Positions 27,192 to 35,337 of a stretch of DNA of 60,568 nucleotides are shown piece after piece. A program made the position numbers and the translations under genes. This DNA comes from Pyrinomonadaceae bacterium. GTDB lineage: Bacteria; Acidobacteriota; Blastocatellia; Pyrinomonadales; Pyrinomonadaceae. The notes beneath the pieces were generated by a model. That model was not told the DNA's origin and did no database searches. It worked only from the letters and a program-made list of their open reading frames with translations. The DNA lies in contig JBPCIQ010000004.1 of the NCBI GenBank assembly GCA_051006135.1, forward strand, positions 1-60,568, read 5' to 3'. Within the stretch, counting starts at the first letter, position 1. Every line of letters begins with the position of its first letter.

Positions 27192-28892
27192 ATGAATGCG
27201 AGTAGCTCGACGCCGGCGGTCGGGATTAGTGAAACGAAAACCCCGCGGGCGGCAGTGGCGTTAGTCCGGGGCGGCCTTCTCGCAAGACTGGAATGGACTG
27301 TCGTCGGTACGCTGGCGATATTTATTGTCCTGGGTTTTGGCTTGCGGGTAAGTAGGCTTGGCGCTATTGGCTTTGCGGAAGACGAAATGAACAAGCTCGA
27401 TGCCGTGCGCGCGTACAGGCGCGGCGACATCACCGCGAATGCCGAGCACCCCATGATCATGAAAGCGTTAATGTTCGCTTCCCTGGAGGCGGCAAGTGCC
27501 TGGCACAAACGGGGCGGCAGGCCGATTAGCGAGGAAACTGCGCTTCGCCTTCCAAACGTAATAGTGGGCACCTTGACGGTCATTCCGCTTTTCCTGCTGA
27601 CTGCAGCTTTCTTCGATCGCTGGACAGGATTATTAGCAGCCGGGTTTTGGGCGTTTGGAATTAACGCGATCACTATGAATCGCGTCGGCAAGGAAGACAC
27701 CCTGCTGGTGTTTTTCATGCTCTTCGCTTTCTATTTCTATCTGCGAGCAAAGCAGACGAGTCCCCGAAACGTGGCCGTGCGCCGGAAGAATTACATCCTG
27801 AGCTCCATCTCTTTTGGACTCATGCTAGCCTCTAAATATTTTCCCCATTACTTCGGCCTCAACGCTCTTTATCATCATTGGTTTCACGTCCGCAATGCTG
27901 GGCCTGGTGAGCCTGGTGGCAAAACACCGCTGATCTTTTACCTTTTGCTTCCGGTCGCCTTCATCATCGCTAACCCTGCGTTACTGATACCAGAGGTGTG
28001 GGAATACCTGAATGCTTATATGGGCGAGCGCCTCCTGGTCCATACCGGTTATCTTTTCGGGGATCGGCTCTATAAAAACACCATGTCAGCCACTCCTTTC
28101 TGGGGCACACCCGTCTATTTCTACCTTCTCTTTATGGCGATCAAGATCCCGCTTCTTGTCGTGGCGGCTTTCATTTCGGGACTTATCGTCTCAATTAAGC
28201 GACGGGGTCATCCGGGCCACGCTTTCCTGCTATTTATGTTTCTATTCTGGATCGTCCCTTATTCGCTCGTCGGGGCGAAGTGGATGCGTTACACGCTCTC
28301 ACTAATGCCATCCGTTTACATGCTTGCAGCAGTTGGAGCGGTCGCGGGGATAGGTTTCTTGTCCTCTTTTGTCAAGGGCTCAGAGCGGGATCCCCAGGCG
28401 GGCAGTTCGCGTGGGGTGCAAGTTCAGGCGCCTCTCATGGTTTCCGCGCTTCTAGTCTTGATCTTGCTTGTTTTACCCGCCTGGACCGCCTATGCAAACC
28501 GTCCACATTACGCACTATACACCAATGCCCTGGGCGCGGGACGAGCCGGATACTATTTCCCGCACGATGAATTTTACGATGATGGTTTGCGCGAGGCGAT
28601 CAAGTTCGTCTGCGATAACGCGCCGCGCCGTGCAGCAATTGCACACGAAACACCCGCCGTGGCTCGCTACTATCTGGAACGTTTCGCGCGATTGGATCTA
28701 GCTTCCCACGCCATGTCAACACCTGAATTTGATCCGCAGAAGCTTTCCGCTCCGGCGTTCATGATTGTCCAGAACGGGCGAATCTACTTTGAGAATCGCG
28801 ACAAGATTAGTTTTATACGCGCTAATTTTAAGAGGGTTTACGAGGTAAGGATCAATGAGATCACGGCGGCCGAAGTTTTTTCGAACCAGTGA
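27192..28892 (+). CDS. GT-C fold glycosyltransferase (family 39, ArnT/PMT-like)
   Basis: Polytopic N-half with a DE motif in the first loop (FAEDEMNK) and a soluble C-terminal domain. ATG 27192 preferred over TTG 27171. Confidence 0.7.
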   Translation: MNASSSTPAVGISETKTPRAAVALVRGGLLARLEWTVVGTLAIFIVLGFGLRVSRLGAIGFAEDEMNKLDAVRAYRRGDITANAEHPMIMKALMFASLEAASAWHKRGGRPISEETALRLPNVIVGTLTVIPLFLLTAAFFDRWTGLLAAGFWAFGINAITMNRVGKEDTLLVFFMLFAFYFYLRAKQTSPRNVAVRRKNYILSSISFGLMLASKYFPHYFGLNALYHHWFHVRNAGPGEPGGKTPLIFYLLLPVAFIIANPALLIPEVWEYLNAYMGERLLVHTGYLFGDRLYKNTMSATPFWGTPVYFYLLFMAIKIPLLVVAAFISGLIVSIKRRGHPGHAFLLFMFLFWIVPYSLVGAKWMRYTLSLMPSVYMLAAVGAVAGIGFLSSFVKGSERDPQAGSSRGVQVQAPLMVSALLVLILLVLPAWTAYANRPHYALYTNALGAGRAGYYFPHDEFYDDGLREAIKFVCDNAPRRAAIAHETPAVARYYLERFARLDLASHAMSTPEFDPQKLSAPAFMIVQNGRIYFENRDKISFIRANFKRVYEVRINEITAAEVFSNQ

Positions 28893-30561
28893 CATAAAAA
28901 CCAGCAGAAGGCCTTCCTTCCTTTCATGCGCAACCGCGCTCGCGCTAACGCTGGCAATCTTTGCGCTTACCGGTCTTGTAGTCGCTGGCCAAACCACGCC
29001 ACCCAAGCGAGTACATGTAACCATTCTTGGAACAACTGATCTGCATGGGAATCTGCTTCCTGTTGATTACTACACAAACACACCGGACAACCGCGGCATC
29101 GCAAAAATCGCCACCTTGGTTAAGCGCACACGGAAAGAGAATCCAAATCTGGTGCTTGTCGATTCAGGTGATACGATTCAGGGAACGCCACTCGCCTATT
29201 ACCACAACAAAAAGAATAACAAGCCTCCCGACCCGATGATGCTGGCGATGAGTGCGCTCTCTTACGACTCAATGACGGTGGGAAATCACGAATATAACTT
29301 TGGCTTGCAGGTGCTGGGGAAGGCCCGGAGCGAAGCGCAGTTTCCCTGGTTATCCGCGAACACATATGACAAAGGGACCGATCAGACTCATTACCAACCC
29401 TACATTGTTAAAGAAGTTTCCGGCGTGCGCATCGGCGTGCTCGGCCTCACAACCCCAGGCATCCCCAACTGGGAAAACACGCAAAACTACGCCGGGCTGG
29501 AATTTCGTGAACCAGTCAGTGAAGCCAGGAAGTGGGTCACCGTCCTGCGCGAGAAAGAGCGTGCCGACGTGGTCGTGATCGCTATGCACATGGGCCTGGA
29601 AGAAGACTTGCGCACGGGGGGAATCAATCCCGGACAGGTGCCCAATGAAAACAGGGCACTGACAATTGCGGCCCAGGTTCCCGGAGTAGACGCGATTTTC
29701 ATGGGCCATACTCATCGTGACGTGCCCTCGCTTTACTTGAATAATGTCATGCTGACTCAGGCAAACTATTGGGGTCGTCATCTGGCTCGCGCGGATTTTT
29801 ACCTGGAGAAAGATGGTGATCGCTGGCGCGTTTACGCAAAGTCCGCGCGCACCATTCCTGTGGACGACAAGGTCGAGGCAGACCCGGAGTCGCTGAAGAT
29901 TGCTGAACCTTATGACAGAGAAACACAAGGCTGGCTCTCCAGAGTGATCGGTGAGTCGGCAGAGGAACTAAGTGCCAGGGATGCGCGTTTTCGTGATACT
30001 GCAATTCTCGATCTGATACAACGTGTGCAGTTGGAAACAGGCGGCGCTGACGTTTCAATGGTGGCGAGCTTTAATCCCAATGCGCGCATCGTTAAAGGAG
30101 CGGTGACGGTGAGGGACATTGCTGGACTCTACACTTATGAGAACACCCTGGTCGTGCTGGAAGTTACGGGCCAGCTACTAAGAGATGCGCTCGAGCACTC
30201 GGCGAGGTATTTTCGAGCTTATGAATCAGGAAAGACCGCTGCTGATCTGGTAGACGAAAAAATTCCTGCCTACAACTTTGACATCGCGGAGGGCGTCACT
30301 TACGTTCTCGACATCACCAAACCGTTTGGGCAACGAATTCAAAATCTTCGCTTCCGTGACAAGCCAATAGATCCGAATCAAAAACTGAAGCTTGCTACCA
30401 ATAACTACCGGGTCAACGGGGGCGGCGGATATACGATGTATAAAAGTACGCCCGTTGTTTATCGATCTAGCGCGGAGATCCGGGAGTTGATCATTGACTG
30501 GGTTGAGCGTCACAAAACCATTCCTACTCAGCCGACAAACAACTGGCGTCTTGTGCCGTAA
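28855..30561 (+). CDS. Bifunctional metallophosphatase / 5'-nucleotidase, probably exported
   Basis: GTTDLHG, DSGDTIQGT, GNHEYNFG and GHTH motifs plus a 5'-nucleotidase C-domain. The N-terminus TSRRPSFLS resembles a Tat motif. Overlaps the upstream gene by 38 nt. Confidence 0.85.
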   Translation: MRSRRPKFFRTSDIKTSRRPSFLSCATALALTLAIFALTGLVVAGQTTPPKRVHVTILGTTDLHGNLLPVDYYTNTPDNRGIAKIATLVKRTRKENPNLVLVDSGDTIQGTPLAYYHNKKNNKPPDPMMLAMSALSYDSMTVGNHEYNFGLQVLGKARSEAQFPWLSANTYDKGTDQTHYQPYIVKEVSGVRIGVLGLTTPGIPNWENTQNYAGLEFREPVSEARKWVTVLREKERADVVVIAMHMGLEEDLRTGGINPGQVPNENRALTIAAQVPGVDAIFMGHTHRDVPSLYLNNVMLTQANYWGRHLARADFYLEKDGDRWRVYAKSARTIPVDDKVEADPESLKIAEPYDRETQGWLSRVIGESAEELSARDARFRDTAILDLIQRVQLETGGADVSMVASFNPNARIVKGAVTVRDIAGLYTYENTLVVLEVTGQLLRDALEHSARYFRAYESGKTAADLVDEKIPAYNFDIAEGVTYVLDITKPFGQRIQNLRFRDKPIDPNQKLKLATNNYRVNGGGGYTMYKSTPVVYRSSAEIRELIIDWVERHKTIPTQPTNNWRLVP

Positions 30562-30563
30562 AG

Positions 30564-30971
30564 TTATTCCGATGAGGGAGAGTCTGGATCCGACGAGGTG
30601 GGTTGTTCGTCTGCTACCCAGGAGACGAAGAGTCGCAGCCAGTTTTCTGTGGGCTCTGCAATCTGGACCCCGACTCGGGCCGTGCCGTAGATTGCCGGCG
30701 CCACGCGGACAACCATTGCAGTCACTTCGATCGGAGCGCCGTCAGGGCGATGGGCCCGCAGATAGAGGCGCTCACCGCGGTTTACCTTCTGATTGAGGTG
30801 AAAAAGTGTGCCCGATGTCGAGATATCGTCCGTCTCTGTGGGCTCGCTCCATGCGGAGCCATCTTCCGCGCGTCCAGAAATGACGATCGGCAAACGCAGC
30901 GCCATTCGCAAAGCAAACCGCCGCTCCTCATTGTTGTAAGATGTGCTCATATGCACAAGCGATCTACACAT
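30564..30971 (-). CDS. PilZ-domain protein
   Basis: RRFALR...DISTSGTLF pattern (RxxxR / D.S.GG-like). Its ATG directly abuts the hbd stop (TGAATG). Confidence 0.65.
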   Translation of the reverse strand: MCRSLVHMSTSYNNEERRFALRMALRLPIVISGRAEDGSAWSEPTETDDISTSGTLFHLNQKVNRGERLYLRAHRPDGAPIEVTAMVVRVAPAIYGTARVGVQIAEPTENWLRLFVSWVADEQPTSSDPDSPSSE

Positions 30972-31880
30972 TCAGGAAGAATGCGCCAAACGCGCATCTT
31001 CGTTCCCCTCTTTCCAGCTGTAAAAACCTTCGCCGCTCTTCTTGCCCAATTTTCCCTCGTGCACCAGGCGTCGCAGGACCGCTGGCGGACGAAATGTCTC
31101 GGAACCGAGTGCGCGGTGTAGATACTCTGCGATATTAAGGCGAACATCAAGGCCCACAAGGTCAGTGAGCTTCAGTGGGCCCATCGGGTGGTTGTAGCCA
31201 AGTTCCATTGCTTTATCAATATCGCTTGCGCTGGCCACGCCTTGTTCGAGCATGCGCATCGCCTCAAGCCCCAACGCCACCCCCAGCCGGCTCGAAGCAA
31301 ACCCGGGCACGTCGTTAACAATTATCGGTTCTTTGCGCATGCGGCGCCCAACCTCGCGCACTGTCTCCACGGTATCGCCGCCGGTGGCCTTGCCAACCAC
31401 GATTTCCAGCAGGCGCATTAAATGAACTGGATTGAAGAAATGCATTCCCACTACTTTTTCGGGTCGCTCGGAAGCCTTTGCGATCTCGCTGATCGAAAGC
31501 GACGATGTATTAGACGCGAAGACAAAGTGCTGATCCGAGAGTGATTCCGCTTCCCGAAGTATGGCTTGTTTCAACTCCAGTTTCTCCGGCACTGCTTCAA
31601 TAATCAATTCCGCCTTTGAGATCTTCTCCAAATGTGTGGAGCCGTGAATGTAATCGAGAGTTTGCTCGCGATCCGCTTCCGTGAGCTTGCCGAGTTGTAT
31701 TCCCCTGGCGAGGTTGCGTTCGATGGACCGTATTCCCTGAGCAAGAGTGTCACGATCGACATCGTGGAGGATGACGCGGTAACCGGCGGCCGCAGCGACC
31801 TGAGCTATACCGTGGCCCATCGTTCCTGCCCCAACCACAGCTACTGTTTGAATCGTTTGCGGATTGCTGACGGCTTTCAA
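30972..31880 (-). CDS. hbd: 3-hydroxybutyryl-CoA (3-hydroxyacyl-CoA) dehydrogenase
   Basis: VAVVGAGTMGHGIAQV Rossmann motif, with a full-length family match. Confidence 0.9.
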   Translation of the reverse strand: MKAVSNPQTIQTVAVVGAGTMGHGIAQVAAAAGYRVILHDVDRDTLAQGIRSIERNLARGIQLGKLTEADREQTLDYIHGSTHLEKISKAELIIEAVPEKLELKQAILREAESLSDQHFVFASNTSSLSISEIAKASERPEKVVGMHFFNPVHLMRLLEIVVGKATGGDTVETVREVGRRMRKEPIIVNDVPGFASSRLGVALGLEAMRMLEQGVASASDIDKAMELGYNHPMGPLKLTDLVGLDVRLNIAEYLHRALGSETFRPPAVLRRLVHEGKLGKKSGEGFYSWKEGNEDARLAHSS

Positions 31881-32051
31881 GCGTTTGCCAGACTCTCCTG
31901 TATGCCGGGCTGCGCGGATCTGTAAGGCCGCAAGCCCTTGTTCGACTACTCTTGTATCCGTAGTTATACTATACGCTCAACAGAAAAGGCTATACCTTAT
32001 GCGGTTAGTAGCAATATTCCAAATTCACCTGATCTACACAAACGAGGCTCA

Positions 32052-33158
32052 ATGAGCAAAGAAACGCTCCACAAGGAGGTTGTGATCATTGGTTCCGGAC
32101 CAGCCGGATTGACCGCGGCTATTTATTCCGCGCGTGCCAACCTGAAGCCACTTCTGATTGACGCTCCTCCGGACGCTGAGAAGCAGACGTCGCCAGGCGG
32201 GCAATTGATGATCACGACCGACGTAGAAAATTATCCTGGCTTTTCCAAGGGCATTCAGGGGCCTGATTTGATGGCTGAGTTTCGCAGGCAGGCCGAACGT
32301 TTCGGCACAGAATTCCTGGAAGCGTGGATCACCAAAGTGGAACTCCAACAGCGACCCTTCACGCTTTATACCAAGGATCAGGTGATCACTACCGAAACTC
32401 TGATTATCGCTTCCGGGGCTTCGGCAAAGTGGCTGGGAATCCCCGGTGAAGCCAAGATTCCGGATGGCCTGGGTGGTCATGGGGTGTCGGCCTGTGCGAC
32501 CTGCGACGGCCCACTGCCGGCGTTCCGCAACAAACCGTTGGTCGTGGTCGGTGGTGGCGACACAGCGATGGAAGAAGCGACGTTCTTGACGCGTTACGGT
32601 TCGCGCGTTTACGTGGTTCACCGACGCGACAAGCTGCGAGCGTCGAAGATCATGCAGGAAAAGGCTTTCGCCAACGATAAACTCGAATTCATCTGGGACA
32701 CGGCTGTCGACAAGATTCTAGGAAATCAAAAAGACGGAGTTACCGGCGTTCAGCTGCGTAACGTGAAAACCGGCGAACAGGGTGACTTTCCCTGCGCAGG
32801 GGTTTTCATCGCGATCGGCCACAAGCCAAACACTGAATTATTCAAAGGACATATCGAAACAGACGAAGTCGGATACATTAAGACTTCGGGACACTCAACC
32901 GCCACAAATATCCCGGGAGTATTTGCCTGCGGCGACGTGCAAGATTCTGTTTATCGCCAAGCTGTTACCGCCGCCGGTACGGGCTGCATGGCGGCGCTGG
33001 ATTCGGAGAGGTTCCTGGATCACCTTCCCATCGTTATGCCTACCGGAGATGAGGTCACGATGGAGGGCGAGCACGTCACCGCGGATCGCGAAGCCATCAT
33101 CACTCCTGACGGCCACATCGTACCAAATAAGACTGGGGCAGCCGCTCAGGGAGACTAG
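32052..33158 (+). CDS. trxB: Thioredoxin-disulfide reductase with a roughly 50-aa C-terminal extension
   Basis: IIGSGPAGLTAA, CATCDG redox centre, VVGGGDTAMEEA and GDVQD motifs. Start at ATG 32052. Confidence 0.9.
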   Translation: MSKETLHKEVVIIGSGPAGLTAAIYSARANLKPLLIDAPPDAEKQTSPGGQLMITTDVENYPGFSKGIQGPDLMAEFRRQAERFGTEFLEAWITKVELQQRPFTLYTKDQVITTETLIIASGASAKWLGIPGEAKIPDGLGGHGVSACATCDGPLPAFRNKPLVVVGGGDTAMEEATFLTRYGSRVYVVHRRDKLRASKIMQEKAFANDKLEFIWDTAVDKILGNQKDGVTGVQLRNVKTGEQGDFPCAGVFIAIGHKPNTELFKGHIETDEVGYIKTSGHSTATNIPGVFACGDVQDSVYRQAVTAAGTGCMAALDSERFLDHLPIVMPTGDEVTMEGEHVTADREAIITPDGHIVPNKTGAAAQGD

Positions 33159-33165
33159 GAGACTG

Positions 33166-33669
33166 TTACAACAATATGATCGAATCATCTCGCTCGCGCT
33201 GCGGCGACCGAACTGGCGGAGAAATCGATCTCGGTCGAGGAGCCTCAAGATTATGAGGACAGATTGCGCAGTATTGGCCGCGCCGTCTCTTTCGGTCCCG
33301 ACATTCATTACATGCGAGGGATTGACCCGCCTCACGCAAAGCGTCTAGTAGCGGCAAGAGCAGGCCGCCGCGTTCGGTGAGCGAGTATTCAATGTGCGGG
33401 GGATTCCCGCCATAATCCATGCGCACAAGCAGCTTGTCTTTCTCCATATCGCGCAAGCGCCCGACGAGAGTACGACTGCTGATCGGATCGAGGTTGCTAT
33501 GTAGTTCCATCGTGCGCCTTGGCCCTCTTGCGAGATCTCGAATGATTAACATAGTCCATTTGTCGCCGAGCATCTGTAGCGCGCCGGCGATCGGGCAACC
33601 ATCAAGATCGCGTCTTCTCACCCCGACCTCCCTTCTATTTGCGATAACAAATCCGCCACAGATGAACAC
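33166..33669 (-). CDS. HxlR-family transcriptional regulator with a Cys-rich C-terminal extension
   Basis: CPIAGALQMLGDKWTMLIIRDL...IEYSLTERG is the HxlR wHTH. The extra tail carries CNEC...CAIC. GTG start. Confidence 0.75.
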   Translation of the reverse strand: MFICGGFVIANRREVGVRRRDLDGCPIAGALQMLGDKWTMLIIRDLARGPRRTMELHSNLDPISSRTLVGRLRDMEKDKLLVRMDYGGNPPHIEYSLTERGGLLLPLLDALREAGQSLACNECRDRKRRRGQYCAICPHNLEAPRPRSISPPVRSPQRERDDSIILL

Positions 33670-33735
33670 GGAAATGTACGGATAAAGAACTAGCGATTGA
33701 GAATACCGTTACCGCTATCCTGGTGCTTTCATTTC

Positions 33736-33765
33736 GGTTCCTTCTGATTTGGTTCCCTCTGATCT
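33736..33765. repeat. Tandem 15-nt direct repeat GGTTCCTTCTGATTT / GGTTCCCTCTGATCT
   Basis: Read directly from the sequence. Lies 67-96 nt upstream of the hxlR-like start and just downstream of the response-regulator stop. Confidence 0.7.
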
Positions 33766-33810
33766 GTGCGTATCGATGTTCATCTGTGGCCTGTGCTCAT
33801 TCTTCACGCT

Positions 33811-35220
33811 TTAGGGCCGCAGGCTTATGTTATACGTTTTAATCTTCGAATTGAGCGTTGTTGCATTCATCCCCAGCAGGCGCGCGGCGCGCGATTGGTG
33901 CCCTCCGGTCTGGACCAGGGCGCGCCGGATCAGATCGATTTCAAAACGTCGTACCTCGTCATAGAAGTTTACCCCCCGCCCAATGTCCTGCACTGCATTC
34001 ATGCTCGCGCCTTCGTGCGAGCTGGCGGCGATCGAGTGCGGATCGCTAATCTCCGCGCGCAGGCATTCGCGCGTCACATGGTTGCTGGGAGCAATCACAA
34101 CAGCGCGCTCTATGGTGTTCTCCAGTTCACGGACGTTTCCCGGCCAGGAATAAGCCTCCATCAGAGCCAACACATCAGGCGCTATCTGTTCCGACACTTG
34201 CCTTGCGTTTTCTTCGTTGTACTTATTTATGAAATGCTGGGCCAGCGTCAGAATATCTTCGCGGCGGTCCCGCAAAGGCGGCAACTCAATCGGCACCACT
34301 GCAAGCCGGTAATAGAGATCTTCGCGAAAAGTCCCTTGCTTTACTGCTTCCTTCAGCTCGATGTTTGTTGCCGCAATGATCCGCACATCGACACGACGGG
34401 GAGTTGTATCACCAAGTGGCGTGAATTCTCGCTCTTGAATGACTCGCAGGAGGCGCACTTGAGTTTCCGGTGGAATATCGCCAATTTCGTCCAGGAAGAT
34501 CGAGCCGCCGTCGGCAATCTCAAACAGACCCTTCTTGGCCGCCACGGCTCCTGTGAAGGCACCTCGCGTGTGGCCAAACAATTCTGATTCAAGCAGTTCG
34601 GAAGGTATATTCGAGCTGTTGACGGTAACAAACGGTTTACCTACGCGCGGACTTGCTTCGTGGATGGCTTTTGCGATCAACTCCTTGCCGGTCCCACTTT
34701 CGCCCGTGATCAGGACAGTTGAGCGGGCGGGCGCCACTTGTTCGACCAGCCGAAAAACCTCCTGCATCACGTCTGAACGGCCAACAATCGCTCCGCGGTC
34801 AACCGCACGGCTCATTGCCCGTCTCAGCGAGAGACGCTCTTCTTCCTTGCGCCGGCGTTTAATACCAGCCGCGACAGTTGCAGTAATCTGTTCGTTTTGG
34901 AATGGCTTGCGTATACATCCGAAAGCTCCCCGTTCCCAGGCAGCAACTGCCGTGTCGAAGGTGGCGTAGGCGGTGATCATGACAACTACCGCTTCGGCAT
35001 CCATTTGGAGAAATTCTTCCAATGCACGCAGGCCGCCGATCCCAGGCATCGAGACGTCAAGGAGGACCACGTCGTGGGCCCGCCGTCCGTACGACTCGAG
35101 TCCTTCTTCGCCAGTCTTAGCTAGCTCGACCCGGTATCCTGCCGCGGAGAGAAGGGTCTCCAGGACGTCACGCATGATCTCTTCGTCATCTACGACTAGT
35201 GCCGAGCCTTTTTTCGCCAT
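33811..35220 (-). CDS. Sigma-54-dependent response regulator (NtrC family: REC, AAA+, Fis-HTH)
   Basis: VVDDE..D REC domain, GESGTGKE Walker A, GAFTGA sigma-54 contact motif and a C-terminal HTH. Confidence 0.9.
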   Translation of the reverse strand: MAKKGSALVVDDEEIMRDVLETLLSAAGYRVELAKTGEEGLESYGRRAHDVVLLDVSMPGIGGLRALEEFLQMDAEAVVVMITAYATFDTAVAAWERGAFGCIRKPFQNEQITATVAAGIKRRRKEEERLSLRRAMSRAVDRGAIVGRSDVMQEVFRLVEQVAPARSTVLITGESGTGKELIAKAIHEASPRVGKPFVTVNSSNIPSELLESELFGHTRGAFTGAVAAKKGLFEIADGGSIFLDEIGDIPPETQVRLLRVIQEREFTPLGDTTPRRVDVRIIAATNIELKEAVKQGTFREDLYYRLAVVPIELPPLRDRREDILTLAQHFINKYNEENARQVSEQIAPDVLALMEAYSWPGNVRELENTIERAVVIAPSNHVTRECLRAEISDPHSIAASSHEGASMNAVQDIGRGVNFYDEVRRFEIDLIRRALVQTGGHQSRAARLLGMNATTLNSKIKTYNISLRP

Positions 35221-35337
35221 GCGTCTTTCTGTCTTCAAAGTGAAGTTAGTTTAGGCGAGAACATCACATAAAACAAAAGGCACAAGCAAAACGGTCAGGT
35301 GCCGAATTGCTCTGCCTCGCGGATTCTTTCTTCTGGC

